A DNA stretch of 62,266 nucleotides, filler included, from Rhabdomonas costata (Eukaryota): the NCBI GenBank assembly GCA_019059605.1. It is 29 parts of 29 records of this genome, joined end to end, with 100 filler letters (N's around TTAATTAATTAA, not from the genome) between each part and the next. Parts side by side here need not be neighbours in the genome. Positions count along the whole stretch, not along the records: positions 23,676 to 25,725 come from JAHMHO010006074.1; positions 25,826 to 27,876 come from JAHMHO010006075.1; positions 27,977 to 30,018 come from JAHMHO010006076.1; positions 30,119 to 32,169 come from JAHMHO010006077.1; positions 32,270 to 34,319 come from JAHMHO010006078.1; positions 34,420 to 36,469 come from JAHMHO010006079.1; positions 36,570 to 38,619 come from JAHMHO010006080.1; 22 more parts are not named here. The stretch is one strand, 5' to 3'. The first letter of the stretch is position 1. Each line of letters opens with the position of its first letter. This document shows positions 24,050 through 36,581 of the stretch, in pieces. Below the pieces are notes generated by a model, which was given only the letters and a program-made list of their open reading frames with translations, did no database searches and had not been told where the DNA came from. Made by a program: the position numbers and the translations under genes.

Positions 24050-25163
24050 TGCCGTTGCATTTCAGGCGGCGAAGGGCACCGAGGAGCTGGTGGTGCACTT
24101 GGACGGCGTAGGTCAGAGCTTGGGTGGGAAGCTGAGACCGGCGGCACACCGCCTGCCGCTCTGCGTCGCTGCCCATGCAAACAACAAAAGACTCACGCAA
24201 CATGACAAGGAGGGGCACGTCAACAGAAAACTCTTGCTAAAAGATCATCATCGAGCTTCTTCGTCAAGTACGGGAGAAGCAAAATGCCTTTTTCATTGGA
24301 TATCGGCATAGCCACTCTCCAGACCTCACTCTTGTAGAGCCAGTCGCTAAGGTGCTATGACTTTTCTGCGTTAGCAAATACGTTCCTTCGCACCAACAAA
24401 CACCAGCGACAAACCAGAGTAACCCCAAAAAGAGAAGGGACTTGCGACCATTCCCGAATATTCAGGTCCTGTCCTGCCCAAGGGTGAGCAGAGTGATGAG
24501 TTAGCAGGTGCAGAAAGCCATCTTTCGGATGCTGACGCTCCTAGGCATGGCCAATATCTTGCCACGGCAACCTTGGAGCGGCGCAGTACTCCAGGAACAC
24601 GTCGCGCAGAGTGAAGTGATCCCCCAGAGGATTCATGTTCGGGAATGTCATGTTGCACCTCTTCGAGACCTCAGAGTCAACCATGACCACAATCGCAGCA
24701 ACATCCGCTGAAAGTGGAAGGCATGTCACACGCATTCATAATACTTCTCCATTTTGGCATTTCTAACCATGGCACAAAAGTCGACAGAAACCAAGCAGTC
24801 ACACCTCGGCACCCAAGCAGAGTGAAGGGGGGGAGAGGGGAGATACATCGAGGTACACCATCAGCAAACTTTACATAAAAAAGCAAGTTTTGGGGGTTTG
24901 CCCATAACCTCAGAGGAGCACGAATGGTGATTGCTGGGGTCCTAGTTTAAGCCTAGTTTAAGTTAAGGTTTAGGGGAAACACTCATCAACACCATTAGCA
25001 GGGAACCGAATTAAGCATTCCACGCAACCCAAAAACGGAGATGAGGAACCTGTGCAGCAGAGGGATTGAGATCTAAGCAGAGCAGCACCGAGCTCCGGCT
25101 TCAGAGGAAGGCGGCTGATACACCGCCCCAAGCTCGTCAGCGTACCTTGCTGCGTGATCGCAC
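24050..25163 (-). CDS. DEAH-box RNA helicase HA2/C-terminal region (exons 25163-25050, 24707-24572, 24168-~24050)
   Basis: GAITQQGTLTSLGRCISRLPLKPELGAALL..C..VAAIV..GDHFTL; in-phase introns. Confidence 0.7.
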
Positions 25164-27258
25164 CTGCGTTGAAGACCATGAAACGCAGACAGAACATAGT
25201 TGATGGGAAAGAGGGTGCATACGCAAAGCCCGTAGAGGACTGACAGAGGGAGGCTCCAACGCGATAGTCCACGAAATGGTTATGGTGCAAAACAGGTGCC
25301 GATGTGAGGAACCTCTGAGCGTGCAGAAGAACCCTGGCTGCTCAACAACATTAAATGAAGGGCATTCGTCATAAGTAACCACAAACCACGAACGCAAAAG
25401 TGGCAAAGTGCAAGAACTGGCCAAGTTGTGTGTGGAGTCCCTTGCCATTGGATAGACCCCTGCCTCCAATAAATCACCATCAAAGCAAAAAAAATTTTAA
25501 TCCCCTATTTGGATTTTGGATTTGGATTTTTCTTGTGAATTTCTGCCTCATGCCAAGTTTTCCCGAATTTCTGGCGAATATGCAAACAGATAAACCCGCG
25601 AGAAAGGCAGTTACAATGGCGCCCAACCGCTCGCTTTTTGGAGACGAATTGCAGAGATGATGAAGCCACTCCCTGGGGGACACCCACACCTAAGCTGAGC
25701 AGAGTTTCCAGCCCACCACTCAACANNNNNNNNNNNNNNNNNNNNNNNNNNNNNNNNNNNNNNNNNNNNTTAATTAATTAANNNNNNNNNNNNNNNNNNN
25801 NNNNNNNNNNNNNNNNNNNNNNNNNTTCAGTATATATTAAAATAGAGCGGAATTGTTTACGTCCAAGCGGGTTTGTGAAAGTGGTCTGTTGAATGTAGTA
25901 AGAAAAAGGAGTAAGAAAAAGGTTTGATCGAGGCATTGATTAGGCGTTCGAGTATGCGGAGGCTGAACATGCTCCTAATGTTCTCCCTCCTGTTGTTTTG
26001 TCTCAACAAATCAATGGCATAGTTAAAGTACATGGCAAATTTGTGGAATGATTTTAATAAGGTCGAGATCGAAATTTGAATTTTAATCCTTGAATTTTAA
26101 TCGGCAGGCCAAGCAGTTAGTAAATGGTATAGAGAACGATGCCACCAGCGATCAAAGAGAGACAGAAAGCAGAAACAAGGCCATCAAAACACATCAAAGA
26201 ATGAAAGAGGTGGGGCCAATGTAGCAAGGGGGATGCACTTTGGAGAGGCGGGGGGAACAGCTGGGAGCTCTGAACGACATCCTGCCAAAAAGCACCGGAA
26301 ACAGTGACAAAATTTACAGCTGGTGGAATGACAGTCCAGAGCCTCAAGGAGACGCACACCCGCACCGCACTGACATCTTCGGTGCCTCAGGTATTCCAGG
26401 TGCGGCCACTCCCTCGCGATTTCCTGCCTGAGTAGTGTTAGTCTGTGTGTGTGGGGCAGTGAATATCTCAGCACTCTTTTACGAGCACCACGCGAGAGGT
26501 GTGGACAAAGGGTGGGTGTGGAGGATGCATTGATAAATCAACCATCCCCATTCCGTCTCTTTCTTCGGACAAAACAAACATGAACCATCAAAAAAAGAAA
26601 GCAATGGGCACCCGTGGCAATCACTGAAGCCACAGCGAGAAGGAGAGAGGCCCCCTTTTGAGGAGGCGTTCTTCTTCCACGAGCCTCTGCAATTCCACGG
26701 CATTCACTGGGGGAGCATACTGTACAAGCAGGGATAGATAGAGAATAAAATACAAACCCAACCCGCACGGGTCGGGGATGGGGGTGTCGTGCACACAAGT
26801 TGAGATGGGGGTAACTTCGCTTGACAAACAGACGTCATACAATCACATCATACATACAACGAGTACGCTCAATGAGGGTGCATGTGCTACTGCATCCATG
26901 AGATGGGAACACAACTTTACCCTTCGTCAAGTTCTTCCTCAATGTGTACGTGTAGCAGGTGGTGGGTTTGAGTGTGGGTGTGGGTGTGGTGTCCGCGAGG
27001 AAAGCGTACAAATACGGCTTGTGAGGTCGCGACTTTCACTACTGCTCTTAAAATGTAGAGAGGGGCCAATCCAGTCACAGCAATAAAGCGGACACAAAAG
27101 GCCACAGCAGGCTCTGACCTCCGCGCCCGCGGTCTCTGATGCACAGATTTCCCCCCCAGTGAAGCCCAGACGCGCTGCAAAAAGAAAACGGAACCAATTT
27201 GGAAAAAGGAAGTGCCGGCCAGACCTGCACCTTCACAGCACAATGCACAGTGAAGAAG

Positions 27259-27443
27259 GGCGTTGAGAGTGAGGGAGGTGGTGGCTGCCACGGAGGAAGC
27301 GACGCAGGTGAGGATCCAAGAGGCTGCTCGGGCAACCGAGCTGCAGCGCGCCGGGGAGGAGGCGCAGAGCCTGATGCGCGCTAAGGACGCCTTCTTTGCG
27401 GTGATGTCGCACGAGATGCGCACCCCGCTTTCCGCCGTTCTGG
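27259..27443 (+). CDS. Histidine kinase HisKA (H-box) exon
   Basis: Coiled coil then [22 protein letters not shown] followed by a GT donor; 5' acceptor unclear. Confidence 0.75.
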
Positions 27444-27680
27444 GTGTGCCCTTTGATCTGTTGACAAATCGGGAAGCTTTTTCCTCTCTCGCAAGGTGAT
27501 TTTTATTCACGGTGGGCATCTGGCTCGGTGACCCCGGAGGTCCTGGTTGAAGCCCCGACAGGCATTCTCCTTTAAGTTTCCAGTCTTCGGGGGGCATATG
27601 CCCCAGACTGTGTACTGGGACTGTTCTGCTCGAAGCGGACGGTTGTCCCTGCAGTTGACGCGTGAACATGCGACCGTGTG

Positions 27681-27867
27681 GGTATTCCATCTCTCTCGAG
27701 CCTGTATGCCTCCCGTGGATCCGGAAAAAACCGTGAGGGAGCTGTATGGGTGCGAACTCAGATATTCGTTGGGTAGCGCCACTGCAATCTGCGAAATTGG
27801 ATTGCCGTGCCTCACGGTTTTTTCCGGATCCACGGGAGGCATACAGGCTCGAGAGAGATGGAATACC
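27681..27867. repeat. 58-bp perfect inverted repeat with 71-nt loop
   Basis: 27681-27738 is the reverse complement of 27810-27867. Confidence 0.9.
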
Positions 27868-28099
27868 AAAACAACCNNNNNNNNNNNNNNNNNNNNNNNN
27901 NNNNNNNNNNNNNNNNNNNNTTAATTAATTAANNNNNNNNNNNNNNNNNNNNNNNNNNNNNNNNNNNNNNNNNNNNGGGGGTGGGTTTCGGTTGTTGTGT
28001 TTGGAGACAGCAGCAGAAGCAGAAGCAGCAGTACCGCCGCAGTTCCGGCATTATTGGTGGCGTGGGTTGCCACGGGTGGTGCAGTCTCCGCTAGGAGTC

Positions 28100-29400
28100 G
28101 GGGCTGAAGAATGCTTGCTTTGCGGGTCGCGGCAGCATGGCTGCTGTGAGTGCCCGCAACGCAGCAGGCCTGGGATCGGCGCCCGGGTTTTCCTCGGTCG
28201 GGCTAAGGACCCAGGAACCCCCGGGGTGCGGAGAGTGTAGTCCTGTGCTCACAGCCCGGGGTGCTCATATCCACTATTCCAGTATATACGATGCTGAGGC
28301 AGCTGCGCGTGGAGGTGAGGGCGGAGCTGATGGGCCTGCCCTTTGTTCGGCGGGCACCCTTACCTTGGAGGCGACTGCGGTTTGCTGGGACACCCTTCGC
28401 TGAGGCAATTCTTTCCCCAGCAACCATCCCTTGGGATCCTGTGGGACCCTGCCGATGTGGGACTTTGCCGACATGGGTTCCCCGGTCCCAAGGTCACGCC
28501 TATGTCAAGCTGGCAGCAACTGGAGTGCTGCAAACGGTTGAGAGAAGTGGCTGACGCTGTGTCTCTGCAATGTCGAACTTTTCCTTCGCTGCAGTGGATG
28601 GCAATTCCAGGAGAGGGCAGCGCGGTTTTTCGTTTTTTGCGGGCTTTCCTGAGGAGCGAGCTCAGAAGGGTGCTGCGGCTGTGTCGGAACCGACACTGCG
28701 GACCCTTGCGCCGGTGCTCAAGCAGCGGGAGCGCTGCTCATAGAGAGGTCTGGGCGGGTGGAATGGTGCTGGTGCGGGTGGACCGCAGTACGGGCTCGCG
28801 GTACTGCCACGTGGACGCTCCTTCCTCATGTGGCGACCCGCTGTACTCTCGTCGCAAGAGGGATTCCTTCCTGGCAGCGGTGGGTGGTGCTGGACAAAGG
28901 GTTGGCCGAACACCCACTGGTGGGTCGGATCGGCCGCAGTGCTACTGGAAGCAGAAGAGCCTCATCTCTTCTGTCGGAGAACCTCTGGAGAAACTGCGGC
29001 TGATAGTCAAGCACCCTCGTCGGACAGCTCTGAAGAGGGTTGCGAGTGCGCTGGCTGTGCTTGTGGCAGAAGCCCGAAAACTGATACAGCAGCGACAGGA
29101 ACATCTGCCCATGTGGCAGCTGCAGGCAGGCAGTGCAGAGTGGCTGAAGCGGGTCAGCCCTACCAAGTGATGGTGGGGCTCCGAGGAGCAGGACGTGGCG
29201 GACTGCTTCCTGAACACTCCTCGGGAAGCGGTGCTGGAGGCAGTGGGTTACTGGCTTCAGACCAGCCGCAGGGTTTCGCCACAGCAATGGGACGGATCCC
29301 GCCATCTACCTTCCCCAACCCAATCAGGCGCGCACACGCAAAAAAGGAAGCGAGGCAAGCAGGAGCCCTTCCATTAGCGAAAGTGTTGACCAGGGTTTGC
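28100..29400 (-). mobile_element. Degenerate CRE/SLACS-like reverse transcriptase region
   Basis: VNTFANGRAP..FFACARLIGLGKVDGGIRPIAV (RT domains 1-2), QEGIPL (QGDPL-like) and RSCLS downstream; many frameshifts. Confidence 0.75.
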
Positions 29401-29545
29401 TGCACTTGGGCCCATATTTAGCCATGTTCAGCAGTATTTAACCTGAATAAAAGTACCAACATTTTTTGAATTACTATTCCTCAAACCAGCGTAAACCAGG
29501 ACACGGTCAGGTACTTTTCGCTATCGTTCCGGAGGGTACCGAGCC

Positions 29546-29762
29546 CGTGCATAGTGCCCACTATTCATGAATAGTGGCACTATCCACGAATCCGCGAAAG
29601 CTTTGGATAGTACCCACTGCACAGAATTGCGTAGTTGGTACTATCCAAAGCTTTCACGTGTATAGTGCGCACTATACAAATTCAGGGTTGTGCAATACCC
29701 ATATTCGAATCTTGTGTGGTGGGGATTATGCAAACAGCCAGAGCATATAGTGCCCACTGCAC
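29546..29762. repeat. Cluster of adjacent hairpins sharing an ATAGT(G/A)C core
   Basis: Hairpins at 29546-29588 and 29593-29658; perfect 20-bp palindrome TGTATAGTGCGCACTATACA at 29659-29678; extra half copy near 29747. Confidence 0.85.
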
Positions 29763-30181
29763 GTTTAAACGGCAGTAAAACTGAGGACCTTCCCGCACAG
29801 GCGGCGTACCAAGAAAGCACTAAACTGTTTGCAAGAGGGCGATAAACGTTTCCACACACTTCCAATAAACGGGTCTGACAGCAGTGTAAGACCTGGAAAG
29901 GAAAACCAATGTTCACAATCCACCTCCCACACCCACAACACAAACATAACTAAACCGAAAAGGCGACCAACCTGACATACGGCAGGAACGTTTCACGTGA
30001 TAATTCGACAAAAACACANNNNNNNNNNNNNNNNNNNNNNNNNNNNNNNNNNNNNNNNNNNNTTAATTAATTAANNNNNNNNNNNNNNNNNNNNNNNNNN
30101 NNNNNNNNNNNNNNNNNNGGGTTTGTTGTGATCAACTCTCACGAGTGAGGGGACGGCAGGGGAACACACCATTAGACTGAC

Positions 30182-32017
30182 CCCTCTATCCTCGGCCTCT
30201 CTGCGCAGCTGCCCCTCCACAGCCATGAGAGCCGCGAGCTGGGCCAACGCCTCGCCCTGCAGGCCCGCTGCGACGCTCACGGCCTCGAGAACCATTCCCT
30301 ATTAACCACAAACAACATCCTTGAGCAAGACACATTACCAAAAAAAAACAAATCTGCGGTGATGGCCTTCGCGCGCAGAATTTTTTTTTCAAAGAATCCT
30401 GATCTAGGGGTTCCGCCACAGTATAAACTTTCTCCCATCCCGAGATTTTGCGAATCGATCGCTCCGCATAGGTAGCGTTCGCTAGACAACGAAGGTGCAG
30501 GGGAATTTCGGGAAATTCGCCAGTGAATACTACTCACGGCATGAATAATGCCGCTACACAAAACAGAACACCATTCACCGGACCTGAGATGGCGATGCGG
30601 GATTGTGGTTACCCACATGACCGTGGGAATGAAACTCACGATTGCAGACGAGAGAGAGCCGAAAAAAAGAAGGGGCATACCGCGGCCTGCACGGCTGCCT
30701 GGCGGTGGACGGCCTCCTCGCGATGGAGCTGGGCCAGGGCATGGGCGTGGGCGCGGCTCACGCGCTCCTCTTCCCAAAGGCTGCCCCACCACGCGGAGGC
30801 AGAGTCCAGGAGGCGCTTCCGTTGCGCGGCCTCCTGCGAAACCTGCATACACCGGGCCCACCGGTGACGAACACCCCTCCCGCTCACATATTATTGGCAG
30901 TGTCACCTAAAAACCAATTCACCTAAAAACAACACGCCCTCAGGTTTGTCTGGGTTCACATTTTTGACGTGTCGCGGAGCACATATTCACATAACCGAAA
31001 ACAGTAGAGCATGGGAAAGAGACGGACCAAGGCGGCGGTTTTGAGCTGCAGCGCTTGGGAGGCGGCCTCTAGGCGGGCAGTCTCGAGAAGGGCTGTCCGG
31101 CGCAAAGGGAGAATAAAATCGAGCGGGTCCAAATGCGAAGGGTGATGTCGCAGTGTCGCAATTCGAATTGGTCATGAAAAAACTCAGATCGCATTTATGC
31201 ATAAAAGGAAATGAACTGTGCTTGTGATTGTCCTGCGGCCACCTGCGGACATATCACAATTCATCCTTTGGAAATGCTGGCGCAAGCACAAACACAATTC
31301 AACATTTTACCGACACAGCCTTGCGCTGAAAAGGACCAGCGGCGAGGCAGCCGCTCAGCTTCTCCAATAGCATCAGTTGAAAACTTTATAGAACAGACAG
31401 AGCAACGAATTCGACCACCGGTACAAAGCTTCGTCGGCGAGGGGGGGGGGGGCGCCGGGCGGAACATCATTTTTAAAAGTGACAGGAGTGCCAAGGCGTG
31501 AGGATGGGCAAAGAGGATGTGGTGGCAACACGGCTCCTGTCGGTCACGTTCATCACCTAACATTCCCAAGGAAGTTCAGGGAGGAAGCCCAGGCCATACC
31601 TGAGTGCTGCGCCTGCTGCTCTTCCAGCAGAGCCTGCCGGGCCACCTCCTCTCGCCCGCAAATCATCACCCGCCGTATCCACGCCCTCGCTGCAATGGCA
31701 GTGGAGGCTCTTGTGGCATAACAGCGGCCCTCCAGTTCCGCCCTGCGATGTGTGAGCATGCTTGTGTTGAGAGCATAGAGATCTGGCTGATGCGGAGTGA
31801 TGAGGCCACGTTTGGATTGTCTTTTTGTCTTGTCAGCGCTAGTGAGCTGCGGTGTGACCGGTGTCTGCTGGCGGGTGGCCGGCATTTACCACACGACCCG
31901 AAATATCCAGTCCAAGCACCCGAGAAGGTGGCAAAGATACCTCTGCAGGTCTCCAAGCCCTTTCCAGTAGTCGTGCTCCACCGCACTGCGGCACCGTCCC
32001 TCGTCGACTTCAACGCC
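30182..32017 (-). CDS. Coiled-coil (E/R/A-rich) protein, four internal exons
   Basis: Exons such as VSQEAAQRKRLL..EEAVHRQAAVQAA and REEVARQALLEEQQAQ with AG/GT borders. Confidence 0.55.
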
Positions 32018-34445
32018 CTGTAGCCACAAACCGCCATTTTTGGCGACAAAAACGGAAGCAGCAAATGACGGGGAGAAAACACAACCAGCAAAGAGATAAT
32101 GTAAGGTACCGAGGATGGGAGGAGCAACCACCAATACCGTGGTACTTCGCACATATACGACCAAAACCCNNNNNNNNNNNNNNNNNNNNNNNNNNNNNNN
32201 NNNNNNNNNNNNNTTAATTAATTAANNNNNNNNNNNNNNNNNNNNNNNNNNNNNNNNNNNNNNNNNNNNTTGCAGGAAATGCTTCCTCTTGTGGCGTGCT
32301 TTCCGGCTTTTGAGGGGTTGCGTTTTCGCCTCAAGCTGCGGAGTGTGGTTTTGTTGGTCTGGTGTTCCTGCAAACTGAGTGCAGAACGACTCGGTGCGCA
32401 TACCCACACTCGGCGTCCATGTTAACCGTTCTCCGCTGGTTTGGGGAGGTGGGGCAGAGCTGGAGGCGACGAGGGATGGTGATTCCCTTACGTTCCGTGT
32501 CCTCGGTGCTTTTCCTTCTCCTTGTGCTCTTCCGTTGCAGTGGTGGTGTGTAGAGTGAGTTCTCTTCTTCAAATGAGTAGAGAGGTGAGTCCACCTAGGA
32601 AGCACAAAAACCTTCAAACCAAATCCGAAACACCCGCGAAATCCGGTGGTTTTTTTCGACGAAGGGTGGCATTGTGCCATTTTGGCCTTCTCTCCGAAGC
32701 TTGGAGTGTATATTTATTTACAGTTCACCCAAGAGAGAAGTGAAGCCGAGAAGGCCTTTCTGCGTGCTGTCTTCCGTGACTTTGGCCTCCCCCTTTGCAC
32801 GAACCGAAAGCTCGGAGCGTGTGTTGGTCCTCTTTCTCTTCTCTGTACCTGTGTACATATGCAATCATTCTTCCTCCTAACAAACAAACAAACAAACACT
32901 TTAGCAATCTGCCTGTGACTCCTCCGCATCCCCGCACACACACATTCACCTGCACACCACACATACTTCTTCAGCTTTCTCTTTCACACCCTCACTCCCA
33001 CTTCCGTGCCTGCGTCTTTCTGCAGAGAGACAAGGGTTGGTGTGGCTCGAGAGAAGCCTTCTGTTGACCCCGTGGGGTCACGTGTTGGCTCGGTGTCCCT
33101 TGTGCTGGGTTGTGTTGTTGCTTCGCGTGGCCTGCCTTCGTCGCCAGAAAATGGGTTGTTAGTGAGCGAGCCAGAGGCGTAGCCTGCGCCCTGCGGGCTT
33201 GCCTTTGACCTTGCTTTAACTTTCACTCCTTTTCTCGTGACGTTTTTTGGGTCCACCGCGTTGCTGCCCTCCATACCTTTGCATGAGTGCCCGATTGTCT
33301 GCCCCTCCAGGCCGGCAACCCCAAGGCGGTTCTTCGCACTTGGACACGGTGGTCTGCTCCTGCGTTCCCTGGGGCACCTGCAGAGTGCCCATTCCTTCTC
33401 CCCTGACAACCCTTTGCGTTGGGACGGTGTTCTCTTCTGGACCCGGAACGACGGCCAGGGACGAAGGGGGGAGGGGGCCTCTTGGGCCTGTCTTCTGTTT
33501 CCTCTCCCAGTGGACTTTTGGGGTTCTCTTCGGAGCTGCCGTAGGTTTCCCTTTCCGCTTTGCTTTGGAAGTCCGGTCAGCGGGATGTCGCTCCATTCCC
33601 TTTGCCCCCTCCTATTGTTGGGGAGACCCCTCCTGTGGATGAAACCACCACCTCCTTTTTCGGGAAATGAGCTGGAAACTCACCATAGCCTCGGGGTCAC
33701 CGCCACCCGCCCACCCGACAGGCCTACAAACCAACAAACAGTGCTTGTGGTGCCAGCACTTGCAGCTGTGCTCATGCGCTGTGGTGGCTCTTTGGCCTCC
33801 TTTTGAGTGTGATGCCGTTTTTTCTCCCTTCTCGGGTTCTGCCTTTGCATCTGGAGTGTGGTGGGGAACGGGGAGCCCAGCTGGTGCTCGGTCCTCCCGT
33901 CTGCGCGACTGCCTGGATCCTCTCTCTCGCCCTCCCCCCACCGTGAGCTGGTGGTCCTCCTCCTGCACTGTGTACATTTTCCCGGATTCCTTTGATGAGA
34001 ACGCACTCCTCTCCTCCGCTCTCTCTATCCCTTCCCTCTCTACTCCCTGCAGCCTATTCTCGCGCATAAACACACTGCTTCGTCGGCTATACAGGTATAC
34101 CCATGCTGGTCAAAGTTAGCTGAGCACCGAGCAAGGAGGTTAGGTGTGAGGCCGGCCTCCCTGGGAAATAAGGAACGTCCCTCCACAGCCCGCCCCTGCC
34201 CCCTCTCTCGCGTGCTGTTGTTGGTGTTTCACTTGTTTGTTTGTTCTCGTTTCCCCTTTCCTTTTCTCTTTCTCTCTCCTCTCTTCCCCTTTTTTCTTTG
34301 CCCTTTTGCCGGGCGTTTGNNNNNNNNNNNNNNNNNNNNNNNNNNNNNNNNNNNNNNNNNNNNTTAATTAATTAANNNNNNNNNNNNNNNNNNNNNNNNN
34401 NNNNNNNNNNNNNNNNNNNTGTTGGTGTGTTTGGGGGGGTGGTAC

Positions 34446-35612
34446 CAGAAACTCCTTCAGGTCAGCGCAGGATTTCGTTATTCGGGTCTTGCAGTCGTGG
34501 ATCTGAGCCTGGGCCTCATCAATGCAGTTCCGCTGCGATTGGGAAAGTTTCACGCGAGTGCGATAGTATTTTCAGATTTGATGCTGAGATACCAAATTCC
34601 ATTCACAATCCTTCGGCTTTCTGCACTAAAGAATTCGGATCGGTGGTGACCGGAGGGAGCGCGGCTAGCGACCCATCTCTCAACATTGGGTGATAAGGAT
34701 CAGTGCAAGTATTGCCTGTAATTTCAAAAATTCAATACCTCTACCGACAGCTTGGCCCCAACTCCGAAGGGGCTGCACCCACCCCATATAAACAACAGCT
34801 CCCCCGAAAAAAAATCCCAAGCACCACCTGCTGTTTCAACTTAGCCTCGTCGGCACCCTCGGAGGTGAACTTCTGCAACCGAGCGGTCTGCCAAAGACAG
34901 CACAGAGACTAAGCCACCGCTTTCTACCACCAATTGGCAATGCAGCCCACTATCACACAGAATTTGCTACTGTATCCTTGAATCAACGTTTCCCCCCAAA
35001 GACTTCGCGACAAAACAGTCGAGGAGGGCATTACCCCTGCCAAAAAACGAAAGGAAAGAAAATTGGACACGGACCTCTTGAGCGACCTCCTTCTGAGCGG
35101 CTTCCAAATCTTTAATGTTTCTGCGAAGAAAAAGAAACGCTGGGGGCGATAAAGGTCGCAACGACAAGAGTGACAAGACACCTGGACACCTAGACTTCTG
35201 AGTAATGAAGCCATGGTAGTGATGAGAATATAGTCATCCACCCACTTGGGAGAAGCATGGCCCCACATTCTTTGGAGCACAATTATAGACATAAACAAGA
35301 AGAGAGCGGGGAGGAGCGAGAGCGGGTGGCAGACGGAGAGACGAGAGGAGAAGAGAGGAGAGAGAGAGGGAGAAAACCAGGCAGACAGAGGAAAACAGGC
35401 ACAGATGGATTACGGATACGGATGGGGAAAGTGCGGAGAATGATGCTGTTGTGTACAGTTTACACTGCATTGGCTGCACACAACGTGTGAAAACAACTTG
35501 TGGACTCAACAATTGGAGAGGAGACTCGCTCAGCTCAGCAGACGAAGGGTACTGAGCACAACCTCTTCAGACTCCCGCTCTTGATCTTGAGCTGCTTCTG
35601 GGCTTGAGACAT
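34446..35612 (-). CDS. TBCA: Tubulin-binding cofactor A (exons 35612-35563, 35120-35075, 34887-34828, 34532-34446; 3' end missing)
   Basis: Spliced MSQAQKQLKIKSGSLKRNIKDLEAAQKEVAQETARLQKFTSEGADEAKLKQQRNCIDEAQAQIHDCKTRITKSCADLKEFL fits the TBCA/Rbl2 pattern; all introns in phase. Confidence 0.88.
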
Positions 35613-36581
35613 GGTCTAATTGATGTGCAACGATCGAAGGTAAAGGCTCCGTGTGAATAGGCAAAGCCTTATCTGGGAAAAGCTGCAGAAAGCAAAGATC
35701 CTTCCTTACTGTGTAGCACGCAGGTGCGGGAGCGATCTACAGCGCCAGTAACCCCCGGTTTCCGTCCAGCAATTTTCCGCCGCCATGAGAGGATAAACGA
35801 TTCCACGGGTTCAGTCTCGGGATAGTTACTTATTTATGCATGCACAACCAAAGCCGAACCGAATATTGCTTCCAGTTGTCGGCCAATCGCGGTTGTGCCT
35901 TTTTTTTTTTTTGTGATTTTCCACCATCCTTGCAACCCCATTACTGTTCATCTTTGCCGTTCTTCATGGTGGTAGAAATTTCCGCGATCAGATCTCTAAG
36001 CATCTAAACTGGTCAAAAACACATAGACAACATAAAGGTTAACCACAAGGGGCACAAAGGTTTTTCAAGAGCTCTTTCAAGTTCTCCCAAACACATCTGA
36101 TGTAACTCGTTTCGGATATAGGAGAACACCTTTTATAAGATCTTTTGTGGCTTCCAAAACAGTTCGCATTGATCAGCATCCTCGCGCGACAACAACAAAA
36201 TAATTACCCGGCAACTTTCATTAGAAGTGCACTGTATAATGGATCCCAGCATAGCCGTACAAAACCGTCACAACCGTCACAACCCGGTCTCTCAATGCAC
36301 AGGCACTTGGGAACACGAACACTCACGCACAAACACTCCCACACAGACACTGTTCAAGGGAATTGCACGCACACGCGCCGCGCACATTGTACAGGCGTAT
36401 AGCTCCGGAACTTCTGGCGGATGCCTCAAAAACAAGTTCAGGATAAGAGGGCGGTACAACCACACAGACNNNNNNNNNNNNNNNNNNNNNNNNNNNNNNN
36501 NNNNNNNNNNNNNTTAATTAATTAANNNNNNNNNNNNNNNNNNNNNNNNNNNNNNNNNNNNNNNNNNNNGGTTGTGTGTAA

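Noticed and set aside
33000-34100. Long overlapping ORFs, basic on the minus strand
   Set aside because: Low-complexity with stops and no recognisable motif; may be decayed retroelement ORF1 but unsupported
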